64,000 nucleotides of DNA from a virus, in IMG/VR virus record IMGVR_UViG_3300005613_000008, positions 32,001-96,000 of that record, one strand, 5' to 3'. The notes beneath the pieces were generated by a model. It saw only the letters and a list, made by a program, of their open reading frames with translations, was not told the origin of the DNA and made no database searches. Below are positions 20,867 to 30,754 of this stretch, piece by piece (within the stretch, counting starts at the first letter, position 1; each line of letters opens with the position of its first letter). A program made the translations under genes and the position numbers.

Positions 20867-21861
20867 AGTTCCTAAACAAGAAAGAGCAGGTTTTTGACAT
20901 TCAGCTTACCCCCTACGGCAAGCAGAAGTTGTCTATGGGAAAGCTCAATCCAACTTATTATGCCTTCTTTGACGACAACATTCTCTATGACATCCAGTAT
21001 GCTCATTCTGGAGCATCCGAGACCCAAAACGACATCCATAAAAGAATCAAACAAGAGACTGCTTATCTTGAGAGTCAAGTATTATTTAATCAGATAATGT
21101 CTGGAACTCTTGTTGATGGTGGAACATTTGATACAGTCACCCTAAAACAACTTGATAATCTCTACACTACGGAAGCTTTCATTGGCGATGCGCTTTTGCA
21201 ATCAGAAGAGCAGAAAGTCGCTCCTGCTTGGAAAGTTATCACAATGCAGGGGCACATTTCATCTTCTGTTTCAACACCGCAGGGAGTTCTAAACAATTCT
21301 ACAAAGAATAGAAACAAAGCAGAGGCAGGTATAACACAAATCAATATTAGTGTCAATTATTCTTTGAGAGCTATGCCGTTGGAAACTCGTGTTTCATTTG
21401 ATAATTTAAGGCAAATCCAAGACACTTCCAATGTCTTTGCTGATGATACTGTAGTTCGTTTAGAAACAGAAGATGCCTTGATTTATGTTGAAGAGTTAAA
21501 CACCGAGCTACTTGTTGATAACTTTGACATTGAAGTATTTGAGGTTCCAGAAGACATTGAGAATAGCGAGTTGCGTCGTCTCTATTTCAAGAATAAGGTT
21601 CCGCAAGTTGTGGATGGAATGTTGGTTCATTCTGCTCCTGTCGAAAACACACAAGAACTAGACAAAGATAGCGTTGAATACTACTTCACTCTTGATAGAG
21701 ACTATCAGATCGATCCAAAGATCGCCTGCAAGTACATCAATCAGTTCAACACAGAGGACTATTTAATAGACCTAGATTTCGATTGTGAAGACATAGAGGG
21801 TGAAGACCTCTACTTTGATATCTACGGCAGAGTTACGGAGTCAGAGATATGTCCAGATTAA
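20863..21861 (+). CDS. Virion structural protein, paralogous N-terminus to 28660..29691
   Basis: MKFLNKKEQVFDIQLTPYGKQKLSMG...FFDDNILYD; ATGA overlap with the upstream gene. Confidence 0.65.
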   Translation: MKFLNKKEQVFDIQLTPYGKQKLSMGKLNPTYYAFFDDNILYDIQYAHSGASETQNDIHKRIKQETAYLESQVLFNQIMSGTLVDGGTFDTVTLKQLDNLYTTEAFIGDALLQSEEQKVAPAWKVITMQGHISSSVSTPQGVLNNSTKNRNKAEAGITQINISVNYSLRAMPLETRVSFDNLRQIQDTSNVFADDTVVRLETEDALIYVEELNTELLVDNFDIEVFEVPEDIENSELRRLYFKNKVPQVVDGMLVHSAPVENTQELDKDSVEYYFTLDRDYQIDPKIACKYINQFNTEDYLIDLDFDCEDIEGEDLYFDIYGRVTESEICPD

Positions 21862-24437
21862 TCTTTGAAGGCGATACGATAAGCCGTTTTGGCAAGAAGA
21901 TTCCAACTCCGTTTATCGAAAAAATAAAGATTTTTGAAGATAAGATTGAAGCAGAATTGGCGATCTATCTTCATATCACAGATGATGCGACAACTAACCA
22001 GCAAATTTATGAAGATTTAAACAATTTCGTTTTGTTTACTCCTGGCGAGAGGAATGGAATCTCAGTGATGGATTCTTTTGAAATTGTTAGAGATACAATT
22101 TATAACTCTAAATCTCAGAGATTTGCAAAACTTTTTTATAAAGAAAGCAAGAATTTTGACTTTGAGCGTTTAGGAAATAGAGAGCTTTATTATTATTGTT
22201 ATATTTCGATCTCAAGCGATGAAAGTGGAAACTCAAACACCAACTTAAACGAAGTGACTAGAAACACCTTAGTTTCAGCTATTGGAGCAAACACCTATGA
22301 TGAGAGAAAAAATTACTCCTCTCCTTTAGTTTACGAAAAGGTTTTAAATTTTGGAGGCGAGATAGCAAATGAGCCAATTTTAATTTACGAAAATTCATTA
22401 GGACTTCCTTATGAGTCTATCCCGCTACAATCAATTCAGAAAGATTACTACAAAACCATTGATTCATTTCGAGAAGACTTAAAAAAACAAATTGATGATC
22501 TTGTTGTTTCCTATGGAACAACTGAAGATCAACAGTTACAATCTTTTTTGGATAGTATTTCTTATATTGCTCAAACAGAAAGCAATGGTGTTATCTTTTT
22601 AACAGAGCTTGATAGGGTTAGGAACTCTTTTCCATCTAGAACTAGCACTAGTCAACTTGGGGTTCTCTATAATAGATTAAAGACAATAATTTTCTCAGCA
22701 AATGATGCCTTGATTCTGGGTGAAAGTTTGCAAAAAAAGATTGTCCCTAACACAAAATTAGTTGATTTGAGAGGTACGTTTCTTGGTCCAACACCCGAAT
22801 GGAGAAGAAGAGAAGAAGATTCTTATGAACCAAGGGTCGATGGTACAGGAGACATTCTTTATCGCACTGTTTTCATGGAAAGACAGCAGATCGAGGCTCC
22901 AAAAATTGCAACACTATCAACCGGCGAAGAAAGACTTTACGATGCTGGTTCTGGAATAACAGTTCCTGATTTTGATGTAACTTCTATTTTTGGTTATTTC
23001 TTTTTTGATTATGAAAAATCATTACACAAAAAGAGCAATATTTCGCAAGTTTATGAAGTTCAAAAACTTTTAGATATTTTTGGTAATGGGGTTTTGGATC
23101 CTTATTTTCAAATTGAAAAAACAGAACTAAGAAAATTTAGGTATAATGATGAGGAGAGAAGAATTACAACTCCCTATAAAGACAATCTCCCCCTTACTCA
23201 ACTTCTTACTCCGTCATCTGAAATAACTCCAGTTCGCAAGGTAGTTTACTCAGGCGAAGGGGGAGAGAATAGTTCTACAGAAATACCTTATGTTGTTCCA
23301 AGAGCGTTTGATACAGTAAGTGGACTAGAGGGCTATAGGCTGATTGCTTTTGAATTTCAAGATTTTGAAATCTCGAATGTTTCCACTTTACCAGGGCAAT
23401 CTTATCGATTCAATGTTTTCATAGATGATAACACTCTTGATTTTTATAAAATGCTTGTAGAGCAGTTTGAAGAAAATATAAATTTATTAAAAGAATATCT
23501 AAGTTTTGCAGAAGAATTTTGTAGCTATAACAACATAGATGATAGATTTAATGATTTTTTTACTAAAGCAGTAACTGAATTTTATGTTCAAAAGGGCTCA
23601 AAGCCTTGGCAATTGGTTCCAAAACTTTATGCCATTCATGCTGATTTGATTAGAGACAAATTTTCTGGTGTTCGCTCTTCTATTGCTAAATTTGCGGAAG
23701 AGCAGGCAATTTTAATTTCACCTGAAAATGGAACGCTTGAGCAACTTAGGAATTTTACTGAAACTGTTGAGGGATTCTACAATAAATATTATAGCTATGA
23801 CACTGGCGAAATCACAGTTCAAATTTCCGCAAGAATAAGTCCAGATGGAAATCTTCAACCAAGTCTTAGGGATAATGTTAGATTTATAGCAACAATTGGT
23901 TGGGATGATCTTCCAGATGTGATTGATTTTACTGTAGATCCACAACCGCCTTCAAAAATAAAATTGTGGAACGGAGAAGAGAAATTTGCAGATAAACAGG
24001 ATATAGAGACTTTTATAGATACTAGAGCCGCAACATTGGCTGCTGCTCGTGGTGAAGGCAAGAGTTTTGAACAATTTAAAACAGATAATGAAGGTTTTGA
24101 GACACTTGAAGGGCTTATACCAAGATTGGATACAGCGCAAAGTGTAAAAATAAGAAAATTTATAAATTTGATTATGAAATTCCTGTCGAGATTGCCGACA
24201 TCGGGAGACTCTTACACAGCAAGAAAGTCAGATATCAATTCGGAAATAGATTCTATGTTAAGCAGAAGCGGACCACAGATATATAAAGATTTGTCAGACA
24301 ATGATATAGATTTTATTCGTTCAAATAAAGCAGTCTTCGGCAACATAGGTTTAATGTATATCAAAGCTGAAAAAGAAAACATTATTTCAGACACCAATAA
24401 ATGGTTCAGAAGAAAAACCAAAAACATAAGGAACTAA
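21849..24437 (+). CDS. Hypothetical protein (862 aa), AT-rich, tail region
   Basis: Long ORF overlapping its neighbours in an operon; no recognised motif. Confidence 0.7.
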   Translation: MSRLIFEGDTISRFGKKIPTPFIEKIKIFEDKIEAELAIYLHITDDATTNQQIYEDLNNFVLFTPGERNGISVMDSFEIVRDTIYNSKSQRFAKLFYKESKNFDFERLGNRELYYYCYISISSDESGNSNTNLNEVTRNTLVSAIGANTYDERKNYSSPLVYEKVLNFGGEIANEPILIYENSLGLPYESIPLQSIQKDYYKTIDSFREDLKKQIDDLVVSYGTTEDQQLQSFLDSISYIAQTESNGVIFLTELDRVRNSFPSRTSTSQLGVLYNRLKTIIFSANDALILGESLQKKIVPNTKLVDLRGTFLGPTPEWRRREEDSYEPRVDGTGDILYRTVFMERQQIEAPKIATLSTGEERLYDAGSGITVPDFDVTSIFGYFFFDYEKSLHKKSNISQVYEVQKLLDIFGNGVLDPYFQIEKTELRKFRYNDEERRITTPYKDNLPLTQLLTPSSEITPVRKVVYSGEGGENSSTEIPYVVPRAFDTVSGLEGYRLIAFEFQDFEISNVSTLPGQSYRFNVFIDDNTLDFYKMLVEQFEENINLLKEYLSFAEEFCSYNNIDDRFNDFFTKAVTEFYVQKGSKPWQLVPKLYAIHADLIRDKFSGVRSSIAKFAEEQAILISPENGTLEQLRNFTETVEGFYNKYYSYDTGEITVQISARISPDGNLQPSLRDNVRFIATIGWDDLPDVIDFTVDPQPPSKIKLWNGEEKFADKQDIETFIDTRAATLAAARGEGKSFEQFKTDNEGFETLEGLIPRLDTAQSVKIRKFINLIMKFLSRLPTSGDSYTARKSDINSEIDSMLSRSGPQIYKDLSDNDIDFIRSNKAVFGNIGLMYIKAEKENIISDTNKWFRRKTKNIRN

Positions 24438-24439
24438 AC

Positions 24440-24931
24440 ATGCCAAAGCAAATAGATATAGAAGTTTTTTTAAGTGAAGAAATCACAGAAATAATAACTA
24501 TAAAAGACTCGCAAGAAGCAAAAAAGATTCTTGATAAAAATAAGCTTGGCTCTAACTTTGTAGAAGATGGGAGAATGAATGATTGTTATAATTTTCTAAC
24601 AATCATGGGTGTCTCAGTAGTATCCGTTAAACAAAAAAACTTTTCTTTAAAACAGATTTCAACAGATAATGAATTCATTAAAAATCCAAACATTATAGAA
24701 TCTAAAGATTACAAAGAAACACAGAATGAATACGATAAGCCAGATGATAAATTTCCAAACGAAAGTGATCCATTCTATCAACTTGATGACTACCGCGATT
24801 ATAGCGAAACAAAAACAAAAACGATAAATAGCATAGACAAAAGCGATGTCTTGGTCGATGTGATAGAGGACATTTTGAAAATAAACCTAGTAAATAATAG
24901 TTCTGTAAAACAATTTAAGGACTTAAGCTGA
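24440..24931 (+). CDS. Hypothetical protein (about 163 aa)
   Basis: Track start 24401; ATG 24440 follows SD AAGGA and the upstream stop (24435-24437). Confidence 0.6.
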   Translation: MPKQIDIEVFLSEEITEIITIKDSQEAKKILDKNKLGSNFVEDGRMNDCYNFLTIMGVSVVSVKQKNFSLKQISTDNEFIKNPNIIESKDYKETQNEYDKPDDKFPNESDPFYQLDDYRDYSETKTKTINSIDKSDVLVDVIEDILKINLVNNSSVKQFKDLS

Positions 24932-25743
24932 TGGCAAAAATAGTTTTAAGAAAACCAAAAAAAATAGTTTTAAGACAACCAAGAATAGCAGAAACCACGA
25001 ATATTGATAGAGGACGGAATGACATTACCAGTGGACTTGAGAGTGCTGGAAGTGCTCAGACTATCGAAAGTTCTCCACTTCTTCAGAACAACCAGCCTAT
25101 TGTTACCAGTGGTCTTAGGAGTGCTGGAAGTGCTCAGACTATCGAAGATTCAGTATCAACAACAGGGGATTTGCTAACAGAAAGACAAATAGAAGAAAGA
25201 GAAGAGGTACTAACAGAAAGGGGAGGTTCATCTTCTAGAACTCAAGTATTTGGAGACGAAGAGGACGAAGAATTGAGAATTGGCGGAAGTAGTGTACTTT
25301 TAGGTTTTGATACAGATTTTATTTCCGATGGTTTTTACCAATCATTGAGTCCAAGATTTGGAAATTCAAACTTAGAAGCTCGCGCACGTTCTGCCAATTC
25401 TGTCTTAATAAATAGAACTAGATTATATACTGGTAGAAAATTGGTTTTTGATTATACTCCGATTTCAAGATTTCCAAAACTCAATGTAGCACCACTCACA
25501 AGAGAAATCATTTACTCTGATCTAGAAAAAAATAAACTCTATACAATACTCAACAAAGACAAGACAAACAAGACACAAGCAAGAGAGGCAATAGAAAGTT
25601 ATCTAAATTTGGCGTCACAAGAAGAAATAGAAGATTCAATCATTACAAATCGCTTTGAAAGCAAAAAGAAAATCAAACTATCTTCTGTATCTGAAAATCT
25701 CGTAACAACAAATCCCGGTTCTGGTGGAGGATCTAGTTACTAA
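24931..25743 (+). CDS. Hypothetical protein (270 aa) with internal tandem repeats
   Basis: TGATG coupling with the upstream gene; KIVLRKPK/KIVLRQPR and twice TSGL.SAGSAQTIE. Confidence 0.65.
   Translation: MAKIVLRKPKKIVLRQPRIAETTNIDRGRNDITSGLESAGSAQTIESSPLLQNNQPIVTSGLRSAGSAQTIEDSVSTTGDLLTERQIEEREEVLTERGGSSSRTQVFGDEEDEELRIGGSSVLLGFDTDFISDGFYQSLSPRFGNSNLEARARSANSVLINRTRLYTGRKLVFDYTPISRFPKLNVAPLTREIIYSDLEKNKLYTILNKDKTNKTQAREAIESYLNLASQEEIEDSIITNRFESKKKIKLSSVSENLVTTNPGSGGGSSY
24936..24980 (+). repeat. Tandem 24-nt-period in-frame duplication
   Basis: aaaaatagttttaagaaaacc (24936-24956) vs aaaaatagttttaagacaacc (24960-24980). Confidence 0.85.
25025..25146 (+). repeat. 44-nt direct repeat, period 78 nt (26 aa)
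   Basis: ttaccagtggacttgagagtgctggaagtgctcagactatcgaa (25025-25068) vs ttaccagtggtcttaggagtgctggaagtgctcagactatcgaa (25103-25146). Confidence 0.9.
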
Positions 25744-25745
25744 AA

Positions 25746-28613
25746 ATGACAATCAAGACCATCAACATAGCAGACTCAAATCTGATTTCTGGCTCTTCTG
25801 AATTGATTCGCCAAGCCCTCGGTGGCTATTGGCAGTCAAGCGACACCACTCTGACTGCGATCAAGACCGAACAACTTTCTCAACAAGTAATTACAGATTT
25901 TGATAGCAACTATGCAGGAACTAACGCTCCTGTCGATCCAACTTCTTTGATCGATTCAGTTAGATATGCCTCTCGCCTTTACGGAACCTCAGACCCATCA
26001 AAAATCCGTTCAGACGAAGAATGGAAAGCTTATGTGGTTGGCGGCACTTTTGGGGCTGCATCCTACCCTGGCGTCTATAATGAGGCAATCTATTTTGACC
26101 ACAAAACCCAGATTGAACTGCCGTTATTTAATAATGAATTAACAGGCAATGATACAATAACTGGAAGAGCAGTAGCCCAATTTTATAACCAATACGAAAG
26201 ATATCAAAATAATCTTGTAAATGTGGCATCGGAACATCTACTTCCAAACTTCTACTTTTTGATTGACAACGGAATTTCAGATCTCGACATCGCCAAGATG
26301 ATCACTCTTGATGGAACAATAGGTAGTGATTATTTTAGCTATGCTGGGTTTATAAGAGAATTAATAGAAGAACAACAAACTATTATTACTTCATCTGCCG
26401 TGCGCGCCCGCGATATTGGAGGAAACTTCTCCCAGAGAATTAATAATTTTATTAATTTTGTATTTCAAGCTGAGGTCTCAGACCCAACGGGTTCTAATCA
26501 AATTAATACACTCTTCTCTAACGTTGCTTCTGATAAGGGTGTCCCACGTTACAGCTACAATAACATCAAAGATTATCTTAATGTTTCTTATGTTAACCAC
26601 ACTTATCAAGATTCTACAGCACAAAGACTTCAAACAAGATTACAAAACATTATGTTTTTGGAACCAAGCGTCCTAAATGAACATAACAATAAAAAGATAG
26701 CGACTGATTTCTCTTTTCTGAAAGATGATAAACAACAAGCAGTCTATTCTTTGATGCCGATGGCTAACGACATAAGTTTTGATGTGGATGTTAACACCAT
26801 CGGGCTAAAGCAAATAATAAAAGATAACGATTATGCTCCAAGATTTCTCAAGACGCTAAAAGAGATTTTTACAAACGAGATTGATCTCAAGCCAACACCC
26901 TATTCCTTCACCCTTGAAGACGCTTACAACAAAGACGTTACCGCAAGACAACTAAACATAGTTGATCTCCCCGAGATGCTTCTTTATGACTACGAGAATC
27001 TTTTATCAAGAACCAATAATGTTTTCTTTTATGGCGATTCATCAACAGAGGTGAAGGCAGCTTTCGACAACACAGGCGTTTACAGGTTTATTAACTCCGA
27101 GATAGCAATCAACACCCTGAACGATGTCGTTGGAATGATTAATACTAATTTTTCACCACCTGAAACTTTAGAACATTTCTTGAATGACCCTGTGACAACA
27201 GATAAAGGACACGAAGTTCTTGCCTACAGAGTTCAGAAAATAGGTGGTCCGCCTACTGGCGATTCACGAACTGAAAACACATTACAGAACTTCTGGTTTT
27301 TCAATCAGGACAGCGCAATTAAGTATGTGGACACTCAAGTCAAATACGGAACAGACTACACTTATAAGATCTTCTCTTATGTCGCAGTTCAGGGTTACAA
27401 ATACAGATTATCCGATCTCGCCGTAACAAGACAGATAGCAAAAGACGAAGACATTTATTGTTTAGAATTTTATGACCCAATGACAGGTGAAACTTCTGCG
27501 AATATTTTCAGCGATGATCAAACAATTGGAATTGAGACCACAAACGAAGCAAACAAGCGAGTGAAACAAGAGTGGCAAGAAGAGGTAAACGCCCTTCTTG
27601 CTCTAATACCCACCGCTCCCGCATCTGATGTGCCTGATTTGGTAGAGCAGTTGAGAGTATTAAATGAAGAAGATCCTCGCGCTGTCTTGGTGGCTAGCTC
27701 TTCCGAGGCCGATGTTAATCGGTTCTTTACTAACGCTCAAGCAAAATCAACATTCCGATACCTTGCTGATCTTAATATAAACATTGAGCCATCTCTCAAG
27801 ATTGTAGAGGTACCAATCCAAGAAAAAACATTCAAAATTTTGGACAACCCACCAAACGATCTTATTGCGACCCCACATCACATTAAAGATCAAAGCAATA
27901 GGTTGGCTTTCTTTTTGTCCTACGACACGTTCTCTCCAAACACAGTGCCTTACCCAGTTGCTCTAACATCACAGGACGTTCAAAACAAGGCTGACTATTT
28001 GACTGCCAATGACTTGTCAGAAAATAGCTTTATTGAAAGCGAATCAGTCTCTATGGCTGAAACCTTCGAGGTCTATCGCCTTTCAAGAAAACCAACTTCT
28101 TACCAAGACTTTGAGAACAACCTACGCAAGTCAATTGATTTAAGAATCCTGAAACAAGGTCGTATCAAGTTGGATGCAATGTTCATGGAGAAGGTGCGTC
28201 CAAATCAAAAATACTACTACACCTTCCGCGCAATAAACGAGAATGGTATCGCGGGTGAGTTCACGCCAATCTTTGAGGCTGAACTAATCAACGATGGCGG
28301 TTATATTTACGGCAACTTCAATCAATTAACAGCCGAAGATTTGGTTACAGATGACATTTCCGAACCATTAATGTCATTCAAGAAACTATTTAATGTCGTT
28401 CCCAACATTCAGCATTTGATTTTAGACTCTACAAATGTAGATTTCTCCAAGTCAGCGTTTGAAGAAGTTGGCAATTTCAAACTAGGAACAGCAGAAGAGT
28501 CGCTATTTAGCTCTGACGAAGAGAAGAGCAAGACCTTCAAGCTTCGTTTGACTTCAAAGAAAACTGGAAAGAAAATTGATCTCAACATTACATTTAACAA
28601 GACGAATGGTTGA
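25746..28613 (+). CDS. Tail-region structural protein (955 aa) with FN3-like segments
   Basis: YVDTQVKYGTDYTYKIFSY and VRPNQKYYYTFRAINENG resemble FN3 strand motifs. Confidence 0.6.
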   Translation: MTIKTINIADSNLISGSSELIRQALGGYWQSSDTTLTAIKTEQLSQQVITDFDSNYAGTNAPVDPTSLIDSVRYASRLYGTSDPSKIRSDEEWKAYVVGGTFGAASYPGVYNEAIYFDHKTQIELPLFNNELTGNDTITGRAVAQFYNQYERYQNNLVNVASEHLLPNFYFLIDNGISDLDIAKMITLDGTIGSDYFSYAGFIRELIEEQQTIITSSAVRARDIGGNFSQRINNFINFVFQAEVSDPTGSNQINTLFSNVASDKGVPRYSYNNIKDYLNVSYVNHTYQDSTAQRLQTRLQNIMFLEPSVLNEHNNKKIATDFSFLKDDKQQAVYSLMPMANDISFDVDVNTIGLKQIIKDNDYAPRFLKTLKEIFTNEIDLKPTPYSFTLEDAYNKDVTARQLNIVDLPEMLLYDYENLLSRTNNVFFYGDSSTEVKAAFDNTGVYRFINSEIAINTLNDVVGMINTNFSPPETLEHFLNDPVTTDKGHEVLAYRVQKIGGPPTGDSRTENTLQNFWFFNQDSAIKYVDTQVKYGTDYTYKIFSYVAVQGYKYRLSDLAVTRQIAKDEDIYCLEFYDPMTGETSANIFSDDQTIGIETTNEANKRVKQEWQEEVNALLALIPTAPASDVPDLVEQLRVLNEEDPRAVLVASSSEADVNRFFTNAQAKSTFRYLADLNINIEPSLKIVEVPIQEKTFKILDNPPNDLIATPHHIKDQSNRLAFFLSYDTFSPNTVPYPVALTSQDVQNKADYLTANDLSENSFIESESVSMAETFEVYRLSRKPTSYQDFENNLRKSIDLRILKQGRIKLDAMFMEKVRPNQKYYYTFRAINENGIAGEFTPIFEAELINDGGYIYGNFNQLTAEDLVTDDISEPLMSFKKLFNVVPNIQHLILDSTNVDFSKSAFEEVGNFKLGTAEESLFSSDEEKSKTFKLRLTSKKTGKKIDLNITFNKTNG

Positions 28614-28633
28614 GAGAATAAAAAAAACAAACT

Positions 28634-28641
28634 ACTATTTA
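28634..28641 (+). promoter_or_regulatory. Putative late promoter ACTATTTA
   Basis: Intergenic, about 19 nt before ATG 28660. Confidence 0.7.
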
Positions 28642-28659
28642 AGTGAGAGAGGAAAATAA

Positions 28660-29691
28660 ATGGGATTTTTAGATAACTCTGGCGACATCATCCTTGACGC
28701 CGTGCTAACAGATGTAGGTAGAAAGAGAATGGCGGAAGGTAACTTCCGCATTGTAAAGTTCGGTCTCGGAGACGACGAGATTGATTACTCACTCTACAAC
28801 GCCAATCATCCATCAGGTTCAGCCTACTATGACCTTGAGATTCTTCAGTCTCCAGTGATGGAAGCTGCCACAAAGCAAGCTTCTTCTATCAAGTATGGAT
28901 TACTAAGCATCACAAGAACTGATTTGGTTTACATGCCTGTTCTTGAACTAAACCAGAAGGCTGGCATTGATTCTGTAATCAAACACAACAACATTATCCT
29001 TCTTGCTGCTAACAAGGCAACCTACACCACTCTTGCTCAAGACGCTAACATTGGTTCATCCAAAATTCTAGAACCCAACACCCTAACACCTTCTGCTAAG
29101 GTAATCGTTGAATCTGGCATCACATCTACTGATCGTCAGCCAACCAGAGAGAACCGTGACAACATGCTCGTCAGCACAAACCTCGTTGACCTTCAGTTTG
29201 ATGTTAGATTTGATAGCCGCTTTATGGCTGGTTTGATTTCTGTTCAGCCACGTCAGGATCAAAGTTTTGCAAACAACACCGATGGTTCTAGAAGAATCAC
29301 CCTTACTGCGTTTGCTAGAAAGTCTGCTGTTTCTGCTACCCAGTTTATGGACAACTATGTCACTGCTGTTGCCGATGGACTTGAAGATCTCGTTCTTCAG
29401 TATACAACCGACACTGGTGGTGATGCAACCGGCGCAAATCTATCACAACTCGCTGGTCCCCGTGGCGGTATGACAGCACTATCATTTGCCCCAAGTACCG
29501 AAATCAATGCTCAAGGCACCGCTTCACCCAGTTATTACAGCCTCTACGGTTCAACCGGTGTTGTTGGAACTTCCCTTGGCTTTGCATCAACTGCTAACTT
29601 TGATTACATTGACACAACAGTTTATGTTCAGGGCTTGACAACTGGTGCCTCAATTCAACTACCAATCAGAATCGTAAGACAGCAGGCTTAA
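28660..29691 (+). CDS. Virion structural protein (tail-fibre/baseplate attachment-like N-terminus)
   Basis: MGFLDNSGDIILDAVLTDVGRKRMAEGNFRIVKFGLGDDEIDY; own ACTATTTA motif and GAGG SD. Confidence 0.7.
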   Translation: MGFLDNSGDIILDAVLTDVGRKRMAEGNFRIVKFGLGDDEIDYSLYNANHPSGSAYYDLEILQSPVMEAATKQASSIKYGLLSITRTDLVYMPVLELNQKAGIDSVIKHNNIILLAANKATYTTLAQDANIGSSKILEPNTLTPSAKVIVESGITSTDRQPTRENRDNMLVSTNLVDLQFDVRFDSRFMAGLISVQPRQDQSFANNTDGSRRITLTAFARKSAVSATQFMDNYVTAVADGLEDLVLQYTTDTGGDATGANLSQLAGPRGGMTALSFAPSTEINAQGTASPSYYSLYGSTGVVGTSLGFASTANFDYIDTTVYVQGLTTGASIQLPIRIVRQQA

Positions 29692-29704
29692 TCGGAGAAC
29701 TTAA

Positions 29705-30745
29705 ATGCCTATCAATTATGAAGTAATAAACCCAAACACAGATGTAGCAACTACAAAAACGCTACTACACGAGGTCATTCCACTAACAGGCACAATTGTT
29801 AGCGGCACCTACGGGACATTCCCAGATGACGATAACGTAAAGAACTACTCTCATGGCATGTTCCAGTCTGTCTATGACTACCCATACTTGAGTTCTTCCG
29901 CTAACCACATTTTTGATCTAACTATCGGTTATGACGAAAGCTCTGGTTTCTCTGGTTCAGCTAACACTCAGAATGCCAAGAAGATTAACATGTATAATCA
30001 GTTCTCTCAGGTTCTACTTGGTTACACTGGTTCTGCCAACACAGTTCGTCTTTTCGAGAGTGATCTAGAACTTGATGGGGCAAACCAGATGAAAGAGACA
30101 TTCTTTGTCAATCTTTCACGACTTCTCACAAAAGACGAAATCAAGAAGGGCTCGGTCTCCATCACTCTCGGTACTGCATCTTATGGCTCTCCTTTTGGTG
30201 GTACCGTTACCTACACTGATGCAAATGCAACAAACAACGCCGGAACTCTTAACACTGTTGGTGGAGATTACGGTGTTCTACTTGACACAAGTAACAATCT
30301 AACTGGCGGTATTGTATTTTATCAGGCTGGCGTTATGGTCTTGACGGCTTCTGCATTCAGCGGAGCCTTCGGTCTCCCAACAGACTTCTATGATGGCTTG
30401 ACCCTTGCAGATGTCATGACAGGTTCGGCAATTAGCGCGTCTGCTGATGCATTCCGCCACAGACTACAGAATCTTCAGTTCAACAATACGACTGAGATTA
30501 ACTCAACTGTCTACTTCTGCCGCGCTTCTCACAACAAGTTCAACTACTCAAACAACCCAACTTATTTGAGTTCAAGTGCGATTCGTGTCAAGAACCAAAA
30601 TAGAGACAATCCTCCTGTTTCTTACATTACAACAATCGGTCTCTACAACTCACAGAATGAGCTTCTTGCCGTAGCCAAGCTATCTGAGCCACTACGCAAG
30701 GATCCCACAAACGAACTAACCCTCCGCGTCAGGCTCGATTACTAG
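29705..30745 (+). CDS. Virion structural protein (DUF3751-like C-terminus)
   Basis: Ends YITTIGLYNSQNELLAVAKLSEPLRKDPTNELTLRVRLDY; paralogous to the next gene. Confidence 0.65.
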   Translation: MPINYEVINPNTDVATTKTLLHEVIPLTGTIVSGTYGTFPDDDNVKNYSHGMFQSVYDYPYLSSSANHIFDLTIGYDESSGFSGSANTQNAKKINMYNQFSQVLLGYTGSANTVRLFESDLELDGANQMKETFFVNLSRLLTKDEIKKGSVSITLGTASYGSPFGGTVTYTDANATNNAGTLNTVGGDYGVLLDTSNNLTGGIVFYQAGVMVLTASAFSGAFGLPTDFYDGLTLADVMTGSAISASADAFRHRLQNLQFNNTTEINSTVYFCRASHNKFNYSNNPTYLSSSAIRVKNQNRDNPPVSYITTIGLYNSQNELLAVAKLSEPLRKDPTNELTLRVRLDY

Positions 30746-30754
30746 GAGGGCACG

